A stretch of 64,000 bases of DNA from Epithemia pelagica. Taxonomy: Eukaryota > Protista > Bacillariophyta. Positions 35,301 to 47,743 of the stretch are shown one piece after another; positions within the stretch are counted from its first letter, which is position 1, and the number at the start of each line of letters is the position of its first letter. The notes under the pieces were generated by a model, which made no database searches, was not told the DNA's origin, and saw only the letters and a program-made list of their open reading frames with translations. The stretch is from assembly GCA_946965045.2 (NCBI GenBank), contig OX337240.1:992001-1056000 (forward strand), given 5' to 3'. A program made the position numbers and the translations under genes.

Positions 35301-37514
35301 GAGAGCTTCAGTGGCAGGAGTCGGGAATTGGTCATTGCGCAATGGCGTCGGGTTCGTCAACGGTGAGATCTCGGGTCGCCGAAGAGCTGGCGGCTTCGAG
35401 TCGTCCAGGAGTCCTTCTTGCAGGTTCTTGAGGTGGGTAAGGTCGCTGCTGTTGTCATGGCTGATAAGTGATCCTTCTTGTGTATCCATGGTTGTGTCCA
35501 AACCACCAGCATTCTCATAACTATCCTGTTCGTCCTCCTGCTCGATCTTGGTGCTGTCGAAGCTTTTGTCGTGCACAGCTGCGTTGGCCTCAACGCTAGA
35601 GAAGGTACGTTGGTCTGTGGGACTGTGGTCACTGCCGTACCACATATCGATGTCGTCCCACCTGTCGAAGTACAGTGTCTTGGCATGCGATCCACTCAAC
35701 TTTCCCTTTTTCTTTTCTTGTTCTTCTTCCTTGTTACTTACCGAACTCGGTAAGTCTTTGTTTGCCACAACTGGTGTGAGTTTTCGTGCCACAAGTGGTG
35801 GCATATCAGCATACTCATCTTCGTTGTCTTCACTTTCAGTGGAGCTGTCATCATCCTTGTGAGGTCGACAGATCGAGACTGTTTCATTATTTGTGCTTGT
35901 TTTCTTTTCTTTTGTTTCTGTGTTGCAAGTGCATGGTTCATTGTCATCATCCTTGTTATCGCTTTCGTTGTGATTGGTGGCGGTTGGTTCATTGTTGTTG
36001 GGTGACAGGATGCGGCGCAATTCGTCAAACGGAATAGGCGGTGTCCGGTCAGTGTCATCATCGTCGTTTCCAGAGTTGGTGGAACTGCAGTCCATGGACG
36101 AGCTGTCACTGGATGGTGACATGTCCCAAATGGTGAAGAAGACGTAGTGGTCGACGGTGTCCTTACAACAATCAACCGAATCTTCGGAACAATCAACCGA
36201 ATCGCAACAATCATCATCATCATTCATCAGAGCTTTGCAACAATCAACAGAGGCAAGGGACATACAGTCGGGTAAAGCAGCGACGGGCAAGGCAGGAGGA
36301 TCAAGTTGGTCGAGATCGAATTCGGTCTGCCAAGCGGATACTTCGAGTTCAAGTTTCTTTGCATGGGTGGCATTCCGAGGTTTTGCTTTGTCCTTGTCGC
36401 CAGGAGACTTTTTATACCCAACAATATGGTTTGCCGTGGTGTGAGAGGTGTTCCAACGGGTACAAACACCACACCAGAACCACCGCTGACCCTGGATCGT
36501 CTGCTGCTCAGGTGCACCAGGAGCAGGAGGGATCTTCTTCCAAGGGTGAGCCTGCGATCGATCAACGCGAGTGTTGTTACGCTTGTGAATCGGCTTTCCC
36601 TTCCTGTCGCGGTGATTGGAGCCAGGCTGGGTGTTTGGTCCATTGCTTGGAGTCGGATTGGAACCCGGCGGGTTTCGAAGTGTCTGAATGAGTGCATTAA
36701 GACTAGCTTGAGTCATAATAGAATTCTGTTTCTTCTTAGTCCTCGAAACGGTAGCCTTGTTAGCAGTGAACGACGAGGGGACGGATTTAGAATCAGGAGA
36801 ACTTCGTTTAGGTGACCATTCACCTTCCTTGACACAGATTAGGTACTTCTTGTTCGCCTCTTCGATAACATCTGTGTACAAAAGACGCTCTTTCTTCATA
36901 TGACTGTCTCCGATAGAGCGATCTAGAAACCGAATATGGATAATACCGTCATTGACACGCTTGTTCAGAGTAAGTAGGTCGAACTTAGGCGTGTCAGGCC
37001 ATTCAGTCTTGAGGATGTTAGCTAGGAGGTTCCCAGTCAGAGTGTGGTCGTACTGTCCAGCTGCGATCAACGGTCGCGCTTTTTCCGAAAAATCTTTAGT
37101 CAACGCCATAATATCGTGGCCAGGGTACTTGTGAGGCACAAGAGCTCGCATCTCGTGCTTCACTTGTTCCCAGTGCTGCGGGGAATCATGTGTCACGATG
37201 GTGACAAGGACCATGAAGAGCTCGGGGAAGCACGTCACTTCCCGACTCTGGTCCTCAACTTCGTGCCTAAATGACTTTTCCAAACAGTCACTCATGGTGG
37301 TCTTCCTTCTTTGTCGTTGAGATGCAACAATCAAACCCTGATGTTGGGTGTCGTCGTTAGATGGACCTGGTGGAGACTCAACAATCTGCGAATCCGAAGC
37401 AGCAATACTCTGTCCTTGTTCGTCAACAAGGGCGTCTTCGTTCGTCAGATTGGCTACAGGTGTTGGAAGATCAACGGTACTGGATACGGTGTCTTTGTCA
37501 CCTGGTATGGACAC
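29307..37514 (-). pseudogene. gag-pol: gag-pol of element 3 in three ORFs (two 1-nt frameshifts, about 32180 and about 30543)
   Basis: gag with WCGVCTRWNTSH knuckle; PR IIWDSGAS; WHLRLGH..CAAC; IN VDH/TDNG/AERAIQT; RT KARYCVRGD, SLYGL, WVDD; RH YVDADFAG, QAEY, EDN, ADYFTK. Confidence 0.92.
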
Positions 37515-37774
37515 GAGGTCGAAGCTTCCTGCACCACTGGAAGTTGGTGAGTCCTCGTCGCTCGTGTTGGTACCTTGGTTGGAGCCTTGATGGCTTCCGG
37601 TGCGCTTGGTTGGATGCTAGTGGGTCGATAACCACGTAGCAATGGAGATTTGTCGTTCCCTTCCTGATGAATACAATAATTCACACTGAAGAGAGGTTGG
37701 TTCGGTCTGTCGGTCTTGTCGGCAATACGATAGAGGAGGCGTACGGTTCGTCAGCCTCTTTGGGCTCTATAACC

Positions 37775-38552
37775 ACTTAATGTACGTAGAAAAACTAACG
37801 TAAGACGTGATGGTTAGTGCTCTGAACTTCTGGAGTCAACCAGTTCACTTGGTACACGATGGGGCCCTCACCTTGCACTAGGTTAGTATGGTTGACTCCT
37901 TCCTAAAGGTTGCTTACAACTTTCAGGTTTTTATAAGAAGTGAGCTTATTCCATCGAAAGTGTTTGTTTCTCATGATTGCTCTTTCATTACTTCCTTTCA
38001 GTCATAAAGGGTTTACTTTTCCTGAACCGTTGGGCCCGGTGAAGAAACATCTTTGACTTCTAGGTAAGACGCTACAGACGCTCTACGTTTAGGGACTAAT
38101 GGAACCTGTTCTCTTAGTGCATAGAACCTGTTCCATATACTCAAACTGTGAGGGATAGAGGCGGAACTATTGACTTGAACCAAGTATCCATGATCCTTTG
38201 GTGAATCTTGTTGTAAGTTGGAGACGTGTATGTTTTAGGTGAGACATAGCCTGGACTTTGCTTCCGAGTGGAGCTCGTCCGGCTTTTGCCTGCCGTGGAT
38301 AGTAGTGGGCATATGTAAATGTGTATCACAAAACACCAGGGTTATTCAGAGAGGCAACATTGTGCCCCAGGCTCGGACATGTCACATACATGGGCACATA
38401 TGGTTCAGCTTCGTCAGCCGTCCACGCACGTGTTCGCGCAAGCTTGCAGGACAGATGGCACAGCTATGTCATGGTAGACGTGTACTCTCATAGAGTCTAG
38501 GTGTTGTTCTTCGAAAGGTAGTTCTAGGTCTATAGCTAGCCGTACTTTAACT
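37775..38552 (-). repeat. 5' LTR of element 3
   Basis: Near-identical to 28480-29257 and abuts the PBS GGTTATAGAGCCCA. Confidence 0.95.
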
Positions 38553-38597
38553 CTGAGGTCAAAGAATCAGTTTTGCGTCATCTTAATTAGAACCTGG

Positions 38598-41420
38598 TTA
38601 ATCGTCTTTGGGCTCCTCTTCATCTTCGTCACCGGTGGAGTAATCCGAAATCGTTCGTTCATCATCGTCGTCTGCGTCACACGAGTTTGCCGAAGATTCC
38701 TCGGCGTGTCCCTCGCGACGCTGACTCTTTTTGACTTGACCATCAGTCTCCGCGTCGGCAGTTCGATGAGATTCATTTTGAGCACCTGTATTCTTCAATG
38801 ATGCTTCCTCTTTTCGTTTCTTTTTAGGAGGGGCAAGCTTCGATATCTTGGACGCCTTTCTCTTACCATTATTGCACGACGATCCATTAGAGCCAGCATC
38901 GTCTTGTGACTGCAAGTCTACGGTGGTTTGAGAACCCCAGTCAAAACCCAGCTCAGTTAACATGTTGATGCGTTCGGTGGTTATACCACGTTTCTTGCAA
39001 ACCATGCCTTTCACGCGCAATCTTCGTTGTGACGCCACCCAATCAGCCAGTGCCGGGTCTTCAGCCCACTCTTTCGGTACATTGCAGTGATTGAACTGTT
39101 TCTTGTACTGAACCAAATCTTGAAAGCGTGCCAACCACGATGCATCATGTGTATCCCAACAAAATCCAATGTCATCCAAAATTTTGCTTCGCTGCAAATT
39201 CATGTGAGTTCGGCGACCAGCTTTCATTAAGTTGTAATGGCGGCGTTGTTCCTTGACCCACAGTCCCAGTTTAGGAAATTCTGGGTGGACAAGAGGCACA
39301 TGGCAGTGTCCTAACTTGTTTTTGAACTTGACAAGATTGTTGTAGTGATTTTCCCATGCAGCTGCTTGGGCATCCCAAGCAAAGTCCACCGCATTCAATA
39401 GCTCAATACGCTTATTCGTTAGAGTGCTTCTCTTTCCTATCTTGGTTCGTTTGTATTGTTTGCTGAAGAGCACCATTATAGCGTGAGACTTGATCAGACG
39501 TACAGGTCATGACGAGGAGAGGAACAGCCATAAAACAAAGACTTACCGTTGCTCTGCCACCCAGCTCGCAAGGGAGGGACTTGGCGGATAGCCTCGAGGA
39601 ACAATACAGTCACCATGTTCTTCTCGGTATTCTTTCATTCGCTTATACATTCTTATCCATTGCGGATCCTTCCTTCCACCAGAAGTACTGGGGGAACCAA
39701 CTCCTGTCACTTCTTTCTTCTCTCGTTTCTGCGGTTTGCTAGAACTTGATGTCCTCTTTCGCTTTTTGTCTGGAGTTGTCTGGGACAGGGCCACAGCGGA
39801 TTCACTATCATTCTGACCGTTGCTTGTGGGCTGCACTGCAATGGTAGCTTCAGGAAGAACAGAGGTCTCTAGAGACAACTGAGGTCCTTTGTCGTGCGTA
39901 TTATTTCCATTCTCTTCCAAGTTCGACTTCTGTTTATCAGGGGTTTCCCCCTGGTAAGGTTCTGTGTGTAAGGGCTCTCTTGCTCGATCACCAGTTTCGC
40001 TTTTCGTTTGCAAAGAGATGGACTGGGCGTTCGTGCAAGCCGCTTGGTGGTTTTCAGCTTGTACATGCATCAGTGTCGGCATGTCGTGAGTCGTTTGATG
40101 CGCATCTCCTTGCAATCCACACATTGCTTGTTGACTGAGAGACGCGGACGGAGGCGCATGATGTTTCGAGTGTGACCGTGGGGGGACATGGAATTGATGC
40201 AGAGAACCAGAAGGAGCATCACCGGGCAAAGCATTACGATCTGTCTCATTCAAGATATGATGAGGGAGAATGTGACGACGTCCGGAAGAGTCCTCTAAGA
40301 GCACTGACGTAGCTTCGTGGAGTCTAGATTGAGAGGCCATCGTATTGAATTGCTGATGAGAAGAGTGGTGCAGCGACTCTTGTTGTTGATGCTGCTGCTG
40401 TGATAAAACTAACGAGGATGTTGAAGCTCCACGGTGATGAGCAGAGGCCAGCATGTTTCCCTCTATTATGGAAGGCATGTCATCCTTCACCATGAAAAGT
40501 GATTGTGGCGGTTCTAATGGTTGTCCTCTTTGTTCCAGGATCATCTGTAAGGGAATTTGGTCCATCCCATGAGACAAACTTGGTGCTGCCGTATGTCGAT
40601 GGATGGCACTCAGAGTCTCCATGGAGCTATTGGTAGCTGGGTGATAGCCAACACTGGGGAAAGGCCCATTAGCGTGTGATGCCGTGTCGTTACTTGAGAT
40701 TGAAACATTCCGTACATAAACATTCTGTCGTTCTCGATCTAGAGCGGTAGCGCGATGGAGATGTTGGATCGCAGGTATGGTGGTGGGAGCTTGGTACCTT
40801 GAACGAGCGAGGACGCCGTGCAACTCCTGTTCCTGCTGGGATGTCACGACTGGTACCTGCCTGATATGAGTTGGTTCACATTCTGTGGGGGGAGCATCGG
40901 TTACCCATAGCCCGCCGGATGCTGACCTGGAGGGGAGAACCGTAGTCTGGGGATTAAGATAAGAAGAGCCCTGTAGCACTGTTAAGCTGTTGTGGTGAGT
41001 TCGGAGCGGCGCTTGGACGCGTTGACTTCTCTCTGGATCCACATCAAGCACCGAAGGTAGCACCCTAAGCTGGTGAGCAACCTTGCTTTCCCCTTGACGC
41101 CATCCAGTTGGATGATGCTCAGGATTCATTACTGAGGAGGGCTCGCATAAAGAAGAAGGAGGTTCATGATGGAGTTGCAGTTGCTCGGCTTGATTCAATG
41201 CTGCCAAAGTGTGTCCTCGGGCCGATGTCACTGAGCCATGTGCCAAGATACGAGCGGGAGACAGCACCGAAGTATCAGGTTCTCCCAACAATAGGTGTTT
41301 CTTGTGCATTTTTAGACGTTCCATCTCAAGCCTCATCGCTGGACGTTCCTGGAGAATTCTCTCTCGCTCCATCTTCCTTCTCATTTGAGTACACATAAGA
41401 GCGTTCAGTTTCTCTTCCAT
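38598..41420 (-). CDS. Helicase-associated (HA) domain repeat protein, 2 exons (41420-39547, 39462-38598), about 912 aa
   Basis: Three HA repeats (W..Y..L..YK...GHC.VP....LG.WV..QR...L..IGF.W). An 84-bp GTAAGT..CAG intron joins EQR/KQYK in frame. The N-terminal region is disordered. Confidence 0.85.
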
Positions 41421-42098
41421 GGTTTCCCTATTGCAATGTGGATGATGTGGAAGAAATGCAGGACAACTTCACTTGTTGTTTGTTGTTTGTTGTTTGCTCT
41501 TGTTGCTTTTTTGAAGAAAGTTTGATATAGAATTTGTGTGTAATCCTGGCGGGTGTGTGTAAGAGTTATTTAGGGCTACGTTCTGCGTTCCGACAGATGC
41601 GGCGTGCGGCGTGTGGTGCGTGTGTGTTCTTCACCTTTGCCTCCGTTTGTGCTCTGGGTGTGTTTGTCGTGTGGGTGTGTCCGGGTGTGTCCGGGTGCGT
41701 CGTGTCTCATGATTCATGATGTTTCGTGTCTTCCTCGCTGCTTATTGCTTACGCATTCACTATATAATCCTTTAGATCTATATCTTCTGTTCTATAGTTC
41801 TTCATCGTGCTTAGCTCTTGCTGCTTGCATCGTCAAGCGATCTTTCTCGCTGGATCACTTTTGCGCTTGACAAAATCCAGCAGAGATTTGCTGTTCTGCA
41901 CACCTCTTTTTATCACGACGATAGCACAATAACAGCAACTTCCGGTAACTACACGTGAGTCGCATATTCTCTCCCAATACCCAACGGACGAAACCAAAAC
42001 AAAGGATCGATATTAATTATTAATACAAAGTACGTATTATGATACCATAGAATATGATTTACCATTCTCTAGTATGGAACAAACGGGAATGTCGAAAG

Positions 42099-42161
42099 GT
42101 ATGTCGTTGGTATGTCGTTTGTATGTCGTTTGATGTTGTTTGATGTCGTTTGATGTCGTTT
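42099..42161. repeat. Degenerate 10-11-bp tandem repeat (GATGTCGTTT/GTATGTCGTTT) x6
   Basis: Read directly from the sequence. Confidence 0.85.
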
Positions 42162-43326
42162 CGGGCTCGCGCGCAAACATGGTTTGCCTCAAAATCCAGC
42201 GGTGCTCCTTCAGTTGATGGGCCTACCGTCAATCAGTGACTTGTAACCTTGTGATTTCTCGTGAAGAATCCCATCTGCTGGAGAGTACATATTCTTTTGG
42301 CGATAAAAACATCCGACATCATACGAAAGGCTACTGGCAATAGAGTAGCTTGCCGTAGATGATACGGACTGTCTCTCTTGTGGTTGTCACTACATTGTGT
42401 AGAACAGAAAAGGGAAAGGATGAAAGCAGAGCCCATACCATGTAGGTCGACTTGAGGATGCCCCAGGAAAGAGGCATGTCCGGCAGGATCCCTTGCCATC
42501 ACCACCCATGTCACCAGTGGATCAACAACCAACCATGGAGATGTATGGGGTAGGGGGTGAGTGTCTAATGATACAACAGTGTAGTCCAATTTAGAACTGT
42601 TCTACGGTTAGCCGGACTCTTTGCTTCCCTGTCGGTTTTAAACTAGCCATGTTGATTGATGAGGATTCATCTACTGGCAACCAATGGAAATATACAAGAA
42701 CAAGGCAGACACTATAGCTATACATTATACTGGGAGTAGGCAGAGAAGGTTGATACCTCTCATACGATAGCTACCAGAACAATCTTGTTTCTCGTCTGGT
42801 TCAAGGATCTCCCGGAACTCAAAGTATGTGGATTGCCACCACGGAATGGTAAAGTGGGTGGTAAAATGATGGATTTGGTCCCAGGGGTTCGGAGGCAAAG
42901 ATAATTGATAATGCAAAACAAAACAAACACAAGAGTCATCCCACGATTCCACCATTGTGTCGGAAGGTGAACAGTAGCTATTGTAGTGCTCGAAAGTACG
43001 GAAACCAGAGGCTGTGATCAGCGGTAGACCTTTCATTGTTTCCACGACCTTTGCCGTGTTGGCTTTATAGCCGCCATCGGAATACTGGTCCTTGAGCCAA
43101 ATCGAACCAAGCCTAAGCAATGGGGTAATTTGTTTCACACAAAAATTTGAAATTTCCTCTGTGACGACGGGTAGTTTTTCTCAACTAAGCCATAGTCTTC
43201 CTATTACGGAAGTAAGATTCCAAATTCCATGCCCTACATACGTCGCTGGTAGATTTCCCTACATACGTACATATACGTAGACTAGTACTGGATGGTCACT
43301 GTGGCCATCAATTCTTCTACAAGACA

Positions 43327-43390
43327 CATCATCCGACATCCTCCGACATCATCCGACATCATCCGACATCTACCAAATCCTCCGACATCC
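43327..43390. repeat. 10-bp tandem repeat (CATCCGACAT) x5-6
   Basis: Read directly. Its reverse complement shares the core GATGTCG with the 42.1-kb array. Confidence 0.85.
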
Positions 43391-44248
43391 GTGACTCTGG
43401 ATGTTTTCCTCATATTAAATTAATCTGTACCTAGTATGATCATATAAGGGGTATTACTGTGTGAAAATTAAAAATGTTATATCGTGACGATACTCTGAGT
43501 AGTAGAAGGATTACCTACGTTTTAAGTCCATTACCGGAAGTTGCAGGTAGTTTTGTCTTCTCCAGCATCGGTCAGCTATCCAGTCAGCGCATGAGAAGTC
43601 AAGCCACGAAAAAGTGACGCAGCTCCACTATGCGGTATTCTCTGCTCTTTACTCGTAGAGTCCCTCTACCTCCTCTCTCGACTCTCGACTGCTAGATTCT
43701 CTACTAGCTAGTAGAGGCCCTACCCCAAAAATCTGAAAACGAACCAGGAACGACTATTGGAATTAGAGTATTATGTGTTGATACTAGTTCACTTCGTACT
43801 AGTCAAAGGAAAAACTCAGATACGAGGCAAGAGGCAAGAGGGAATGGATTCTGTCTCCATATTCCTACTGCTGAGTCATATTATTGACAACGTATCTTCC
43901 ACATGTCGAAAACCATAAATCCTATCATACGAGCTATCGACATTATATCGAGGGGGAGTAGAAGTCTTTTAGTATTCGAACGAATATGGATTATGGATAG
44001 ACTCGTTCTGTTGTCTGTAAGTACTCGTAGTTGTTGTTGTTAGCCAATAGCCAATAGCCAACTCTTTTCTCTTTTCTCCTTGTGGAAAGTTGAAATAACA
44101 ACTGTAGGAGTACTTTAATATCTTATATCTCGATTAAGTTGGAGGAATCGACGACCCCTGGAATTTTTAAACTTCTGGTAGGGTCTTTCGCATCGACACC
44201 GGACTTCGAGTATCCCCATCGCTCCATGAAGAATCGGATATTATCCAT

Positions 44249-46992
44249 ATCCCTCGGTATCAGTGTCCACTGCTTAGCTGCTTTTTGTCTGTGCCATCTT
44301 CAAAAGTTCCCAAGTGGACACAGACAGAATTTTTCGTTTTCCGTCTGTCTGTCTAACCATTAAAATTCCTCAGGGTTGAAGCAAGGCCAGCGTGCAAGTG
44401 ACAGTTGACGGTTGGTGGTTGTCCTCGCCGGGTCACCACGATTCAAATTTGGGCATCCATCACACCTGTCACAAAAACCCAAAACCAAGCCAAATGCTTG
44501 ACCATGACGGGGGTGAGGTGAGAACAATGCATGGATCATGCTGGACTGAACCGTTTCTCTCTATTGCTGCTTATTACTTATCTTGTTGTCTCTTTTCCCT
44601 TTTTCTCATGCATCACTGCTGCAGCTGTCTTTCCTATTGTTCTTGCATGATCCTTTACTTTTGTCTCATTTCGTACGAGTAGATGACAAGCCGCCAAATG
44701 TCAACTGGAATATCTTTTCCTTGTCGTAATCGTTTGTTGCTTGATTGTTTTTTGGCTACTGTCATATGCTCTATAGGATAGATTATTCACTCTCGTCTCT
44801 CATCATAGCGTCATTCTCAATCGTTTCTCAACGATGTTGTTTTTTATCAAATAGATGGGAAGCCATCTTGCCACACCCTACTGACCAATTATCTTATCCT
44901 ACCTAGGTAGTCGACACAAAGTGCTCAAAGTGAGCGGTACAAGCTTGTGAGAGCTGTTCTGTTGTGTTTTCATACCGAAACTGAGGGTCATCGTCGTGCT
45001 CAAAACAAAGAACAGAGCTGCAACGAATTCACAAATTCAGAAGGCTCAAAAGTCTCATGGATGACAAGCACTGGCGTTCTACTACTAGTAAATAAACAAA
45101 AGAAGGTCTAGAGTATAGAGTATGTATTTTAATGCAATCAAAGTTATGGGGCTGAGCAAAAACCAGTCATTTCTGTTCGACAAGAATGAACAATGGCACG
45201 TAATGAGCTGCCCAGCGACTAAACAGATGAGTAGCATCTCCCACAAGCAGAGCAAACAAAAGTGGCAAGTGGCAGTGAGCATGACTGATGTAATTGACAA
45301 CATGGCACTTGGCAATGGATCAAGCTCACCTGGAAAGCCAGTAACATTTGTAAGTAGTAAGTACGATGTGCTTTGGCAAAAGAAAAGGGAATTGTGAGCT
45401 TGCCCCGAATTATGCAACAACCAACCGTCATCCACGCAGGGGACGCTTGTTGGGCTTGCGTCCGTTTCAAACGTCGAAAAATTCAGCTGGGCATGCGTGC
45501 CAATTTGCAATTTGATAATTTCTATTTGCATCAAAAGCGAAAAATGCTGTCTGTGTCCACTTGGGAACCTGTGAAGGTGGCACAGACAAAAAACAGCTAA
45601 GCAGTGGACACTGATACCGAGGGATTAGTTGCTGGAGAGTATTTGTTTCTTGACTTAAAAGATCTTGGATTATTATTAGGCGTCTATCTACTATCATTCG
45701 CCATTATTTCCCCTCCATATTGGTGAGGCGGCCAGACCAAACTCGGTCGCGTTTCGTGGACACGTGCTAGGGAGAGCTTGCTCTCAAATGGGGTGGCTTT
45801 GCCAGCTCTCCAACTGCCAGCAAGCGGCCCTGCGTGGATGACGGTTGGTTGTTTCATAATTCACAATGCCGGACAAGCACACAATCCTTTTCTCTTGCCA
45901 AAGCACAAAGCACATCGTATCAATGACATTCCAGGTGAGCTTGATCCATTGAGGATTGCCATGACAATTACATTGCTCATGCTCACTCACACTTGTCACT
46001 TTTGCTTGCTCTGCTCATGGGACGAGAGTCTGCTCATCTGCTGTGTCTCTGGCTCAGCAGCTCATTACTTGCCATTGTTCATTTCTGTCGAAATGATACC
46101 CATAACTTCCATTGCATTTATCCACAGACTATAGACCTCCTTTTCTTTATTAACTAGAAATAGAACTCAAGTGCTAGCCATCCATAGAGTTTAGTGCCTT
46201 CTGTATTCGTGTAGTACATCAGTTTTCTGTTTTGAGCACGTCAATGACCCTCAGTTTCACCATGAACACACGATAGAGCAGCTCTTACACGCTTGTACAG
46301 CTACAAATTGAATCATTCGCTGTTTGACTCTAGCTCTAGGAGCTGATAATTGGAAAGTAGGGTGTGGCAAGTGTCAAGAGCAAGATGGAGCCATCTACTT
46401 GAAGCAAAAACAACAAAGTGTTCGGTCGTTGAGAAATGATTGACAATGATACTATGAATAGTGAATCATCTATCCTACAGAAAACATAAAAGTAACCAAC
46501 CAGCCAACAATCAAACGACAAAAGAATTACAAGAAGGGGAAAGGGAAGGATATTCCACTTGACCACAAGCAGCTTATTCCCAGTCTACTCGTACAACAGG
46601 AGACAAATCCAAAGGATCATGCAAGAACAAAAGGAAAGATTGCAGCAGTGATGAGTAAGAAGAAAGAAAAGGAGACGACAAGATTAGAAATAAGCAGCAG
46701 TAGTGAGAAGTTAAATGCAATTCAGCCCAGCATGATCCGTCCATGGTTCTTACCTCACGTCATGGTCAAGCATTTGCCTCGGTTTTGGGTTTTGTGACAG
46801 ACGAGAACAAGAGGGTTGCCCAAATTTATGAGCATTCAGAAACCACTGGACGCAAGCCGACCTTGATGAAACGGTGTTGGCAATTAGAGATACTTAGAGT
46901 TACCTGGAGCAGTGGCGGGCGATATTAAAAAAAGGTAGGGTTGGGGATATGTCTGGCCGCCTCACCAATATGGAGGGGAAATAATGGCGAAT
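44249..46992. repeat. Interleaved degenerate inverted repeats
   Basis: About 44440-45470 is inverted to about 45820-46830; 44249-44336 is inverted to 45538-45625; a perfect 42-bp IR lies at 45696-45737 and 46951-46992. Outer arm limits are approximate. Confidence 0.75.
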
Positions 46993-47743
46993 TCATTGGA
47001 TTTTGGGGCGTATCTCGTATTCGTGTCTCATTAATTCTGATTACGCAAGACGAAAACAGAATACGAATACGAGTACAAAGCGAAATCCAAACATTCGAGC
47101 TGAAATATGAAATATAGACAATAAGCACTAAGGGTACCATACTTAGTACTCCTACTAGGTACGAGTAGATCATCATTTCCTATGTTCACATTTCACATGA
47201 TATAGACTAGCAAGCAAAAGTATATCCCTCCGACTCTTGGTGTCCGCTTCTTAGCCCCCCAGCCGCTCTCCGCGACCAACCATTTTCATTTTGGTTTCTT
47301 TGCGTTTTAGAAGAAAATTTCTGGTCAAAATGAAAATCATCACGCCGGCCTTCTGGATCACCCTTTCAAAATTTTGTGAGCAGGCGTGCGCACTTTGACC
47401 GTTGGTCTTCCCCATTTTGTTGATTGTCCCAAAGTTGCGACCCACATTATTTTCACCACGCGCACCTTTTGACATGGACAATGGGTGTCTGTACTGGGTG
47501 GAGTGACGTGGCCGATGCTGGCCAGACTCCGCGACCGACAACAGAGGTGCGACTGCTCCGCCTCCTCGACGCGAGGCGAGCATCCGATTTGATTCCCACA
47601 ATCGGAAGTTTTAGGATGACCCTGATGCAGAGTCATTGGAGCGTGAGAAGAGCTCACTCTTCTTGGGTTCAGCATCTTTGCAACGACTACGAGACGAGTT
47701 CGAGATCGCAACGATTCTAGTTAGCTAATCTTCTGAGTTTACC

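Larger units (their letters stand above)
28480..38552 (-). mobile_element. Young Ty1/copia LTR retrotransposon, element 3 (10,073 bp)
   Basis: 778-bp LTRs with 3 mismatches seen by eye; perfect 5-bp TSD CTGAG (28475-28479, 38553-38557); PBS 37761-37774; PPT 29258-29266. Confidence 0.96.

Noticed and set aside
45085-46134. ORFs with VDDGWLLHNSGQAHN-like text as transposase relics
   Set aside because: Too decayed to assign to any DDE family.
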